Position numbers and translations under genes: made by a program
NCBI GenBank assembly: GCA_003696445.1
Contig: RFHE01000177.1
Span: 1-45,494, forward strand
Reading direction: 5' to 3'
DNA from: Calditrichota bacterium
Lineage (GTDB): Bacteria; Calditrichota; Calditrichia; RBG-13-44-9; J042
Length of the DNA stretch: 45,494 bases
Shown here: piece after piece, positions 28,950 through 37,650 of the stretch
Position numbering within the stretch: position 1 is the first letter of the stretch
How the letters are laid out: the number at the start of each line of letters is the position of its first letter
Notes under the pieces: generated by a model
Seen by the model: only the letters and a program-made list of their open reading frames with translations
What the model was told of the DNA's origin: nothing
Databases searched by the model: none

Positions 28950-29100
28950 GGAATCCTTACTCGATCTCCTTCAATTTCCTTTGCTTAGCCCCGGCGTTAA
29001 CCAGCTCACTCTCTACGGCAGGCAGCAATTTGAGCAGGGAAGTGTTGTTTTGCAAAAGAAATTCCGAACGCCTGCCTATGGAAGGTACTGAGAGATTGGG

Positions 29101-29129
29101 TTGCATTTCCGAGTCGAAATGCGTATAAT
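29101..29129 (+). promoter_or_regulatory. Sigma-70 promoter with overlapping palindromic operator
   Basis: TTGCAT-17 nt-TATAAT; GCATTTC-N6-GAAATGC inverted repeat at 29103-29122 covers the -35 box and spacer. Confidence 0.75.
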
Positions 29130-29185
29130 AACTCAGCTTCCGGGGGTAAACATTCGCCCAAACCTGTTCATCTGGAAATTGAGCC

Positions 29186-29374
29186 ATGAAATTTAAAATA
29201 CGGATTGAGCGAATTCGCGAGGGTCTTTTCATCGCCACGTGTCTGAACCTACCTTACTGCATGGTGGATGGAGAAGACGAACGGGAAGCCAGGCAACGAC
29301 TGCAGGCCGCTATCCAGGCCTACGTGCAAAGCTACCGAGATCGGCATGAAGAAATCCCTTATCGAAACAGTTAA
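29186..29374 (+). CDS. hicB: HicB-family antitoxin-like protein (N-terminal domain only, 62 aa)
   Basis: MKFKIRIER..EGLFIATCLNLPYCMVDGEDEREARQRLQAAIQAYV..EEIP matches the HicB F.A..P.LPGC...G.T.EEA...L.EAI pattern. Confidence 0.75.
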   Translation: MKFKIRIERIREGLFIATCLNLPYCMVDGEDEREARQRLQAAIQAYVQSYRDRHEEIPYRNS

Positions 29375-29663
29375 CGGATCGATTCAGACGGGTCAATCGG
29401 ACCCCAATCTTCGCGTGCCGTTAAAATTGCTGATACAAAAGCTGAGGGAACACCGTTTTGCACGGGACTTCGAATCCCAGCTGGTGGTATTGTTTCGAAA
29501 GCAGGATTTCCCTTTTCACAGAATTGTACTTCCCAATCGGGAATGGATCTCCCGCGAGTTACTGGAACGGTACGTAAACGCTTTAGACCTTCCGGAAAGT
29601 TTGCTGCAACTCCCCGCAGCCGCCCCATCAGGGGAAAGCAAAGAGACCGAAAATAGGGATTAG
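29346..29663 (+). CDS. HicA-like protein lacking the GSH catalytic motif
   Basis: VPLKLLIQKLREHRF...VVLFRKQ...RIVLPN.EWISRELLERYVNALDL follows the HicA alpha-beta-beta-beta-alpha pattern; overlaps the end of hicB. Confidence 0.55.
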   Translation: MKKSLIETVNGSIQTGQSDPNLRVPLKLLIQKLREHRFARDFESQLVVLFRKQDFPFHRIVLPNREWISRELLERYVNALDLPESLLQLPAAAPSGESKETENRD

Positions 29664-31906
29664 TTCAAGGCCTGTTTGACCCGCTGCAGGATATCCTTTA
29701 CCTGAAATGGTTTGCTCAAAAAGGCCAGCGCCCCGGCAGAGAGCACATCCTGCAAGTCTTCCTTATGGGCGTAGCCGCTGATGATGATGATCTTTTGAGC
29801 AGGTTTGATGCGCCTGATTTCGGCAAAAGTCCGCCGCCCGTCCATCACCGGCATGATCATATCCAGGATCACCAGGCCGATTTCCTCAGCATGCTTTTTG
29901 AAAATTTGCAAAGCCTCCTGGCCATTGGCCGCCGTGTAAACCCGAAGGCCGTTCATCTCCAAAACTTCGGAAATAACCGAGCGAATGTTGTATTCATCGT
30001 CCACCACCAGCACCGCTTTTTGTTTGCCATTCTGCGTTTTTGTTTCCGCCGTTGTTTTCTGGCGTGCTAAAGCGGAGGCTCCACGAATGGGAAAATAGCA
30101 AAAGACGCGGGTGCCCTGTCCCTCATCGCTGCGCAGCACAATGCTTCCTCCCATCTGCTTCAGCAGATTGTAGGCAAAGAATAGCCCTAATCCGTAACCC
30201 TGATTTTCTACTTTGGTCGTGTAAAACGGCTTAAAGATGTTCTGAACATGGCGGGCATCGATGCCAGGACCATTGTCCTCGAACACCATTTCGATGTAAC
30301 GACCTTTTTCCAGAAAAACGCCCGAGCCCACCCGCAAGCCATCTTCCTTTTGCTGGACACTGCGGGTGCTGATGTGAATATAGCCTTTGCGATCCCCCAG
30401 CGCTTCCAGGGCATTCCGGGTCAGGATGCCCAGCAAGCGTTTTACCGCTTCGGGATGCGCTTCCAGAGGCGGCAAACCGGGTTCCAATGCGTGGAGCACT
30501 TCAACACGCTCTCCATAACGGGCATTGAGTTTTTCCACAAAGGCTTTAATCTCCCGGTTAATGTCCACTTTCTGTGGAGCGGCCGGCTCGGGAAGGTTAA
30601 AACTCAAGAATCGCTTCACCACCTGCTCGGCCTGAGCCAGATATTTTTCCATCGCCGAAATCCGATTGATCAATTGCGGATTGTCCTGTAATTGATTTTT
30701 CAGATAACTGAGGTTTGGCACCAGATGTTGGACCAATTCGTTCAGAAACCCGTAGGCCTGCCGGGAAAAATGGGTAATTTCGTCCAGCAATTCAGTTTGC
30801 CTGGCTTGGGAGTCGGCAGCCACTTGATCGGTGACATCGACACCAAACACTAGGATAAGCGAAAAGCGGTTTTTCAGCTCCACTTTGGTTAAATAGAGGT
30901 CCAGAATCAACGTCTCTCCACTGGCGCGCTGAAAGCGAGAGCGAAATCGCCGGCGCTGGTTTTCCTCTAGTGTGCGATAAGTTTGCACGAAAGATTCTCG
31001 TTGTTCAGGCGGCAGCAAATGTACAAATTTTTCGCCCAGAAGGTAATCCTCATCCACACCCAGGCTTTTCAGGGCGGTTGCATTGGCGTGGAGGATTACC
31101 CCGCGGGGATCGACGGCAAAAATGAGAACCGGCCCCCCATCAAAATATTCCGCGTACTTGACGTCCGCCAGCAAACGTTTGGTTTTGAACTGCTTGAACA
31201 AACGCCCCTTCAGCTTTTCCAGATAAAACTGCTGGTAAAGGCTGAGGGCGATAGGCGGAGAAAGTAGGTTGAGTACAGATTGTTCCTGGGGCATGAACGG
31301 TTTTTCTTTGCGGACCAGCGCCCCGAAACCAATCAAGTTGCCGCGAACAATCAGCGGGAACAACATCAGCGAATGGGCTTCGAACACCTCCCAGGGTACC
31401 TGGGTAATCTGGAACTGTCTTACATTATTCAGGGCAACCGCCATGTCCCGGTTGCGAAAATATTCCAGAATGCTCATCAGTTCGGCTTCGCCCAATTTCT
31501 CGCGGTAGTATGGCTCTTTTTCCGGCGTCTCCGGCAGGTAAGTGAATTCGGGATCCAGATTGGAAAGACGAATGCAGATCAACCCGTCGTCGTGGGGAAT
31601 TTGCCTTTCCAGAAACTCCCGGATCAGGTTCCAGGCCTGCTCACGGGATTTTGTCCGCGCCAGGGTGCGGTAAAAATCAATGATTTCCGAGAGGACATCC
31701 AGCTGAACCAGGAAGGCATCGAATTGATTATCCAGGGTAGCAAAGGAGGTGCGAATCAACGCTTCCAGCTGGCTCATTTCCTGGGAAATGTTGGACAGCT
31801 CGGTGAATAGTTCGGCGCTTTCCTCAACCGTTTTCAGCCTGCGGACCAGTTCCTGGAAGTACTGAAAAAAGTTGCTGCGCGATTTCATTGAACCGTTGCG
31901 TTCCAT
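29660..31906 (-). CDS. Cytoplasmic hybrid histidine kinase-like protein (GAF-PAS-degenerate HisKA-HATPase-REC)
   Basis: LMLFPLIVRGNLIG GAF-like segment, PAS, RNALEAL, EDNGPGI, FKPFYTTK, GYGLGL, REC VVDDE and ILDMIMP; the H-box reads AYGFLNEL. Confidence 0.9.
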   Translation of the reverse strand: MERNGSMKSRSNFFQYFQELVRRLKTVEESAELFTELSNISQEMSQLEALIRTSFATLDNQFDAFLVQLDVLSEIIDFYRTLARTKSREQAWNLIREFLERQIPHDDGLICIRLSNLDPEFTYLPETPEKEPYYREKLGEAELMSILEYFRNRDMAVALNNVRQFQITQVPWEVFEAHSLMLFPLIVRGNLIGFGALVRKEKPFMPQEQSVLNLLSPPIALSLYQQFYLEKLKGRLFKQFKTKRLLADVKYAEYFDGGPVLIFAVDPRGVILHANATALKSLGVDEDYLLGEKFVHLLPPEQRESFVQTYRTLEENQRRRFRSRFQRASGETLILDLYLTKVELKNRFSLILVFGVDVTDQVAADSQARQTELLDEITHFSRQAYGFLNELVQHLVPNLSYLKNQLQDNPQLINRISAMEKYLAQAEQVVKRFLSFNLPEPAAPQKVDINREIKAFVEKLNARYGERVEVLHALEPGLPPLEAHPEAVKRLLGILTRNALEALGDRKGYIHISTRSVQQKEDGLRVGSGVFLEKGRYIEMVFEDNGPGIDARHVQNIFKPFYTTKVENQGYGLGLFFAYNLLKQMGGSIVLRSDEGQGTRVFCYFPIRGASALARQKTTAETKTQNGKQKAVLVVDDEYNIRSVISEVLEMNGLRVYTAANGQEALQIFKKHAEEIGLVILDMIMPVMDGRRTFAEIRRIKPAQKIIIISGYAHKEDLQDVLSAGALAFLSKPFQVKDILQRVKQALN

Positions 31907-32791
31907 TCAACTACCGATAATATCGAAAAATGCCTGATTCTGCGCAATCAATTCCTGGGCGTAATCGACTAAGCCCAGAAACTCTTCTTCGGAGAAAGAA
32001 AAATATCGGGTAAAATCGGGGTCGTAGGCCACAACCGCCTCCATGCCGGGCTGTTCCCCTTCCAGGTAGTGGGAGACGACATTAGCCAGATAGACCTGGC
32101 GAACCAGACCAGCAACAGCTGGATCGCCTTCAAACTCTTCAGGATAGTGATGATAACGGGTACTTTGGTGGAGTTTTTCCGGCAAGTTCCAGCGCTCCAG
32201 AAGGGCAGCCCCAACATCCCCATGATGAAATCCCAGCAGGCGGCGTTCCACCACGTCCAGGCGCAGCCCCTCCTGACGGCTTTTCTCCACCAACATTGGG
32301 AATTCTTCCGGCAACAGGCGCAGCTCGACCAATTTGCCCAGGTCGTGTAACAGTCCGGCAATGTAAAGCACCTCTTTGGCAGCCGGATCCAGCTTCTCCG
32401 CAATGGCCCGGCCGGTAAATGCTGTGGTGATCGAATGTCGCCACTGCGCTCCTAAATCGACACCGCTCTGGGCGGAAAAGCCTTTGTACAGGCTGTAAAT
32501 AGCAATGCTTACCGCAATATCGCGGAGTAAATTAAAACCCAGTATTACAATGGCGCGTTCCAAAGTCGTAATTTTTCTGGGGTAGTTAAAATAGCTCGAA
32601 TTAGCAATCCGCAGCACCTGGGAGGTCAAACTCTGATCCACAGAAATCACCTTGACCAGCTGGGAAATGGAAGTATCTGAATCCGAACAAAGCTGGATAA
32701 CTTGGAAAGCCACCGCATTGATGGTGGGTAGCTTCTTAATTTGTCCTATCAGCTTGTCCAGTTGATATGTCATCGCGGTCTCTGCTTTCAC
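31907..32791 (-). CDS. HDOD domain protein
   Basis: LPT, DQSLTSQVLRIANSSYF, AIVILG, WRHS, AGLLHDLGKL, WNLP, YHHYP; its TGA abuts the next ATG. Confidence 0.93.
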   Translation of the reverse strand: MKAETAMTYQLDKLIGQIKKLPTINAVAFQVIQLCSDSDTSISQLVKVISVDQSLTSQVLRIANSSYFNYPRKITTLERAIVILGFNLLRDIAVSIAIYSLYKGFSAQSGVDLGAQWRHSITTAFTGRAIAEKLDPAAKEVLYIAGLLHDLGKLVELRLLPEEFPMLVEKSRQEGLRLDVVERRLLGFHHGDVGAALLERWNLPEKLHQSTRYHHYPEEFEGDPAVAGLVRQVYLANVVSHYLEGEQPGMEAVVAYDPDFTRYFSFSEEEFLGLVDYAQELIAQNQAFFDIIGS

Positions 32792-32815
32792 TTTGCCTCC
32801 AGGCGCGTGTTATTA

Positions 32816-32842
32816 GTATCGTGTTCCCTTTGCTTAACTTTA
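32816..32842 (-). promoter_or_regulatory. Sigma-28-type promoter
   Basis: TAAAGTTA-N11-CACGATAC versus TAAAGTTT-N11-GCCGATAA, 25 bp upstream of the HDOD GTG. Confidence 0.6.
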
Positions 32843-33713
32843 TGAACTCTTTGGATTTACTACAAACTGGGTTTAACGGCTCTCCATAGGGCTGGGAGAG
32901 TTACCCAGGCGCAACAATCAATGGGTCGGGGAGTAAAGCAAAACAAGAGAAGCTCTCTAGGGAAAACCAGCTATTTTCTGCAAGCAAAACTGGAACGCAT
33001 TGAACCGGCCCATAAAGGCAGAAAGGCGTGCGGTACTGTGCGATTCACTGTTTTTTCTGGCGCCGGGGTAAAACCCCACCCGTATTGAGACTAGGTTGGT
33101 TTTACCGGATTACCTGGGCCGTTCTCAATGCCTCCATTACCGTACTTTTATGCAAAAACCTTTTTTTCACTTGCAGCGAACTTAAACCAACCCCCTCCTC
33201 TCTGGCCAAAAAAAGGTGCCAAGGGAATAAATTTACTACAAATCAAAGCCATACAAAGTTGATTGTTTTGATTAAATCGCTGTAATCAGTTAAAAACCTC
33301 CCGGTACAAACTCTGCTTTAATACAGACCACTCGTTGCAACTATTGGCAAGTTTATTCACCTTGCTTTGCTTTTTAAACAGTCCCTAAATGCAATATTCA
33401 CCACTTTTAGGGCCCTCTGGAAAGCCGTGTTTGCGCTGAGCATGAAAACGTACTTGCCCGGCAAGCACACTGATTTGTTTTTCGCGTTTGAATCCGTTTT
33501 GATCCCCCGGGAGCCGTGGAGAACAAGCCTGGGATAGGTAAAGCTAAACGGCGAGGAACGGAAAAACCGTTTCCCTGTCACGTGGGCTTCCCATATGGAA
33601 AACAGCCTGCTGGGAAAAAGACAACCAGAGAGGCTACACCAAGGGAACGATTCCCAGAATCCGTGACCGGAGTAGGGGGCTTAGCCCTTTACACACGCGC
33701 TCTCCCCCGACTC

Positions 33714-34364
33714 TCAGAAGCCGAATCCGTGGACAATGCCGATACTGAAAGAGAGGCCATCCAGATTGGTTCGGCCAACCACGGCGGAGGGGTAACGTAA
33801 AACGATGTAGCGCAAGTCTGCGGAAATGGCCCAGTCTCGTGCCCACAGGTAATCCACTCCTGCGCCAGCAAACGCAGTGCCCCCGGCCAGAAAATGACTG
33901 TTGGAAAAATTTAAATTCACCTGGCGGTTCGGGCCGTAATCTAAGGCAAAGCTTGGTCCAAAGCCACCAATTAAGTAAGGCACAACATGAGCACTCGGGC
34001 TATTGGTCAACCGGATTTTCAAGGAAAGCCAGAGGGGAAACAACAGGGCGTGGGTCTGAACATCGGTAAATCCATTTGCCCCCCGGGTAGTCCGGCTGAG
34101 CGGTGCAACACCAGCAATCACACCGAAGGCACGCTGGGAAAATGGTTCCCGAAAATAGGAAAACAAAGCCGTGGCAAAATCGGGGTGAACAGCCATTTGC
34201 ATGGTCCCATGTTGCTGGTAAAACAGATCCAAGCGGGAGGCTTTTTCCAATACACGGGCTGTAGGCGCACCGGGATGTTTCGGGTGCAGGGAGGCAGGCA
34301 CCTGTTGAGCCCCACCAGCAACGGCAAAGGCCACCAACAGCCAAAGCGAAATAATGGATTTCAT
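33714..34364 (-). CDS. Small outer-membrane beta-barrel protein (OmpW/OmpA-like barrel)
   Basis: Signal peptide, VVPYLIGGFG, AGAGVDY, ISADLRY, terminal Phe; GAGGTGAG RBS overlapping the upstream stop. Confidence 0.8.
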   Translation of the reverse strand: MKSIISLWLLVAFAVAGGAQQVPASLHPKHPGAPTARVLEKASRLDLFYQQHGTMQMAVHPDFATALFSYFREPFSQRAFGVIAGVAPLSRTTRGANGFTDVQTHALLFPLWLSLKIRLTNSPSAHVVPYLIGGFGPSFALDYGPNRQVNLNFSNSHFLAGGTAFAGAGVDYLWARDWAISADLRYIVLRYPSAVVGRTNLDGLSFSIGIVHGFGF

Positions 34365-34373
34365 GAGCTCACC

Positions 34374-35768
34374 TCACATGTTGTATTTGCGCAATTTGTT
34401 GCGCAGGGTTCGAATGGTAAAGCCAAGGCGTTTGGCGGCCTGCGTTTTATTCCCTCCGGTTTCGATCAATGCCTGACGAATGATTTCCCGCTCGCAGGCT
34501 TCCAATTTTTCCCGGTAGCTTAATGCATCGGCATTGTGAAGAATGTCCATAAGCGAAGTTCGAGCCTGCCGTGGGGTCTGCAAATAGGCCGGCAAATCCC
34601 CTGGTTCAATAAATTCACCTTCACACATAATAATGGCATTTTCAATGGCATTCTCCAGTTCGCGCACATTCCCCGGCCAGTCGTAGGCCAGGAGCACCTT
34701 CCGTGCCGCCTCACTGATCCCACGCACCCGTGGGTTGTTTTTCTTGGCATACTTTTGAATAAAATGATCGGTGAGCGGACCGATGTCCTCCAACCGGTCT
34801 CGCAGAGGGGGAATAAAGATGGGGACGACATTCAACCGGTAATACAAATCTTCCCGGAAGCGACCTTCTTGCATCAATGCCTCCAGATCGGCATTGGTAG
34901 CAGCGATCAGGCGTACGTCCACCTCGATGCTGGTCACGCCCCCCACGCGAGAGAATCGCTGCTCCTGCAACACCCGCAGCAACTTGGCCTGAAGTGCCAT
35001 GGACAACTCGCCAATCTCGTCCAAAAACAGGGTGCCCTCATGGGCCAGTTCGAATTTGCCCTTTTTCATCCGGTAGGCACCGGTAAAAGAGCCTTTTTCG
35101 TGACCGAAAAGCTCGCTTTCCAACAAATTTTCGGGAATAGAGGCACAATTAATCTCCACCAGGGGTTTGTCCCGCCGGGAACTTTGATAGTGAATGGCCC
35201 GCGCGATCAACTCCTTGCCCGTACCGCTTTCGCCCCGCAAAAGCACCGTCGCATCGGTATTAGCCACTTTTACGATTTTTTGAAACACTTCCTGCATTTT
35301 GCCGCTGAAACCAATGATGTTCTCGAAGCGATAGGTTTCAGCGATTTTAGATTTCAGATCGATGTTTTCGGAAATTAACCGTTGTTCGTCCAGAGCGCGC
35401 CGAATGATGATTAACAATTCGTCCAGATTGATCGGCTTGGTCAGATAATCGTAAATGCCCAACTTCATGGCATGGACCGCATTTTTCACCGAGCCGAAGG
35501 CGGTCATCATGATAATTTTCACATTGGCCTGCTCTTCCAGCAAAATCCTGGCCAGTTCCAGACCGTCCTGATCAGGCAGTAAATAGTCCAGCAAAACCAC
35601 GTTAAAGGGACTGCCTCTCAGCTCCTGAAGGGCTTCTTTGGCCGAGCGGGCTTTGACCACTTCGTAAGTTTCGTCTTCCAGAATTTCAGCCAGACCGTTG
35701 AGGGTGTTAATGTCGTCCTCAACAATTAGAATGCGATCCTTCATGATCACGTCTTCACTTACCTGCAC
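34374..35768 (-). CDS. NtrC-family sigma-54-dependent response regulator (REC-AAA+-Fis HTH)
   Basis: LLDYLLP receiver, GESGTGKE, ESELFGHEKGSFTGA, LFLDEIGE, FREDLYYRLNV, WPGNVRELEN, GGNKTQAAKRLG. Confidence 0.96.
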   Translation of the reverse strand: MQVSEDVIMKDRILIVEDDINTLNGLAEILEDETYEVVKARSAKEALQELRGSPFNVVLLDYLLPDQDGLELARILLEEQANVKIIMMTAFGSVKNAVHAMKLGIYDYLTKPINLDELLIIIRRALDEQRLISENIDLKSKIAETYRFENIIGFSGKMQEVFQKIVKVANTDATVLLRGESGTGKELIARAIHYQSSRRDKPLVEINCASIPENLLESELFGHEKGSFTGAYRMKKGKFELAHEGTLFLDEIGELSMALQAKLLRVLQEQRFSRVGGVTSIEVDVRLIAATNADLEALMQEGRFREDLYYRLNVVPIFIPPLRDRLEDIGPLTDHFIQKYAKKNNPRVRGISEAARKVLLAYDWPGNVRELENAIENAIIMCEGEFIEPGDLPAYLQTPRQARTSLMDILHNADALSYREKLEACEREIIRQALIETGGNKTQAAKRLGFTIRTLRNKLRKYNM

Positions 35769-35794
35769 ATAAACTCCTCTATTTTTCTTGCAAA

Positions 35795-37624
35795 TTATTG
35801 CTTCAGGCTTGCCGAGTCAATGGGCAGTTCGATGAAAACGCGAGTACCTATCCCTTCTTCACTTTCCAGGTAAATGCGGCCCCGATGGCCTTCTACAATC
35901 TGGCGTGCAATAGCTAGTCCCAGGCCAGTTCCAGTGGGTTTGGTGGTGTAGTAAAATTCGAATACGTTTTCTAACTCGTCCGGAGGGATACCTCTGCCGG
36001 AATCCTCGAAAGTAATGCGTACCATGGGGATGGCTTTTTCGCTTTCCCTATCCAGAGCACTGATCCGGCTGGTCCGAATGACTAATTTACCCCCCTTCTC
36101 CATAGCCTGGAAAGCGTTGACCACAATGTTGTGAAACACCTGCTTCAACTGGTTGGTGTCGAACATGCCAACCAGCGGGGTCGAATAAAATTGGCGGCAG
36201 ATCTGAATGTTTTCTTTTTTGGCTTTGCCTTCGTGAAGAAGAATGACCTCCTCCAGGGTTTGATGGATATCGCTTTTCACCAAGTTTAATTCCGGCGGCC
36301 GGGAGATGGCCATGAAGTTGGAAACCAGCTCATTCATTCGGGAGATTTCCGAAGCAATCACATTCAAGTACTTGAGTTTTCGGGATTCGGACACATCGCT
36401 GCGAAACATGATGCGCTTGAGGATTTGCATGTTGATGTTCATGGCGTTAAGCGGGTTGCGGATTTCGTGGCTGACCAGGGAAGCGAACCGGCTGAGGGCG
36501 GCCAGACGTTCCATGCGCTGCAGTTCCCGCTGGATGCGCAGTAGCGAGCCGGCCATAGCATTAAACTCTCCGGCCAGTTCGGCCAGCTCGTCCCGCGAAT
36601 GGATGGAAATACGATGGGCCAGGTTACCGCGAGCAAATTCCCTTGCGCCGGCCACCAGCCGGGCAAGTGGGCGGGTAAAACGGCGCACGCCAAAGATACC
36701 CAGCACAATAGCAATCACAATGGTCAGGGCGACAAACAGGAGCACCCGGGCCTGCATCTGCCGGGCCAGGGTAAAGGCTTCCCGGCGCGTTTGCTGAATG
36801 ACAATTCCCCAGCCCAAACGGGGTACCGGCACGTAGGCGGCGATGAAATCCTCTCCATCCATCCGATACTGGGTAATTCCTTCCTCCCCATTCCTCAACG
36901 CCTGAACAAACTGGTAATTGGAGTAATTGGCCCTTTCGAACACTTTCTCCTTGTCCAGATGAGCAATGACCACCCCTTCTGCACTGAGCAGATAGGCATT
37001 GCCGGTCTTTCCGATTTTAATGTTATCCACCAACTCCCAAATGCTTTTCAGGTCCACTTCTGCGGCCAGAATGCCCACCACCTGATTGAATTTGAGAATG
37101 GGTTCCGCCACCAATAACACAGGGAAACGGGCATGGGTAAAATACACTTCGGAAACGTATTGCTCCCCTTCCATGGCTCGACGGAAGAAAGGGGTTTGTG
37201 CTAAATTGAGCATCTCCTCCCCAAAGCTGGTGGTCACCACCACAAAGCCGGCCTCGTCCAGAATAAAAATTTTGCGGAAGAAGGGATTCTCTTCTTTGAT
37301 CCGATTAACCAGGCTGCTTTGTGCAAAGCGTTCCATCTGCGAAATATCCCGGGTGAGGGCGGCGGTATGCAATACCGTCAGCGGCCCTTCCAGAAACAAG
37401 TAAATTTCGTTGGCAGCACGCCGGGCGGTCTCCAGATTGCGCTGGTGAATGTAGGTTTGCAGGGTGGCCTGGGTCAGGGAAATGAGGATAATGCTTACCA
37501 GAATGAGCGGCAGGGCGCCTAAGGCAACATAGGTGAGAACCATCTGGGTTGCAATACGGCGGACAAAGAAGCGATTAAAAAAACGCCGGAATGCCCGCCA
37601 CCGAGCCTTAAGACGCAATTGCAT
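35795..37624 (-). CDS. Membrane sensor histidine kinase (dCache-HAMP-HisKA-HATPase)
   Basis: Two TMs, IGKTGNAYLL..GVVIAH Cache motif, HAMP, SHEIRNPL, NAFQAM, DSGRGI, GTGLGL. Confidence 0.94.
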   Translation of the reverse strand: MQLRLKARWRAFRRFFNRFFVRRIATQMVLTYVALGALPLILVSIILISLTQATLQTYIHQRNLETARRAANEIYLFLEGPLTVLHTAALTRDISQMERFAQSSLVNRIKEENPFFRKIFILDEAGFVVVTTSFGEEMLNLAQTPFFRRAMEGEQYVSEVYFTHARFPVLLVAEPILKFNQVVGILAAEVDLKSIWELVDNIKIGKTGNAYLLSAEGVVIAHLDKEKVFERANYSNYQFVQALRNGEEGITQYRMDGEDFIAAYVPVPRLGWGIVIQQTRREAFTLARQMQARVLLFVALTIVIAIVLGIFGVRRFTRPLARLVAGAREFARGNLAHRISIHSRDELAELAGEFNAMAGSLLRIQRELQRMERLAALSRFASLVSHEIRNPLNAMNINMQILKRIMFRSDVSESRKLKYLNVIASEISRMNELVSNFMAISRPPELNLVKSDIHQTLEEVILLHEGKAKKENIQICRQFYSTPLVGMFDTNQLKQVFHNIVVNAFQAMEKGGKLVIRTSRISALDRESEKAIPMVRITFEDSGRGIPPDELENVFEFYYTTKPTGTGLGLAIARQIVEGHRGRIYLESEEGIGTRVFIELPIDSASLKQ

Positions 37625-37650
37625 GGCCAATACCGCTTTTTTGCTTAAAA

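Noticed and set aside
28957-29238. 93-aa minus-strand ORF upstream of trmJ
   Set aside because: Overlaps hicB and its promoter; no recognisable family or RBS.
33028-33800. Short ORFs in the long intergenic gap, and a search for riboswitch or tRNA signatures
   Set aside because: No convincing RBS or protein-like motifs; no c-di-GMP riboswitch or tRNA consensus recognised by eye.
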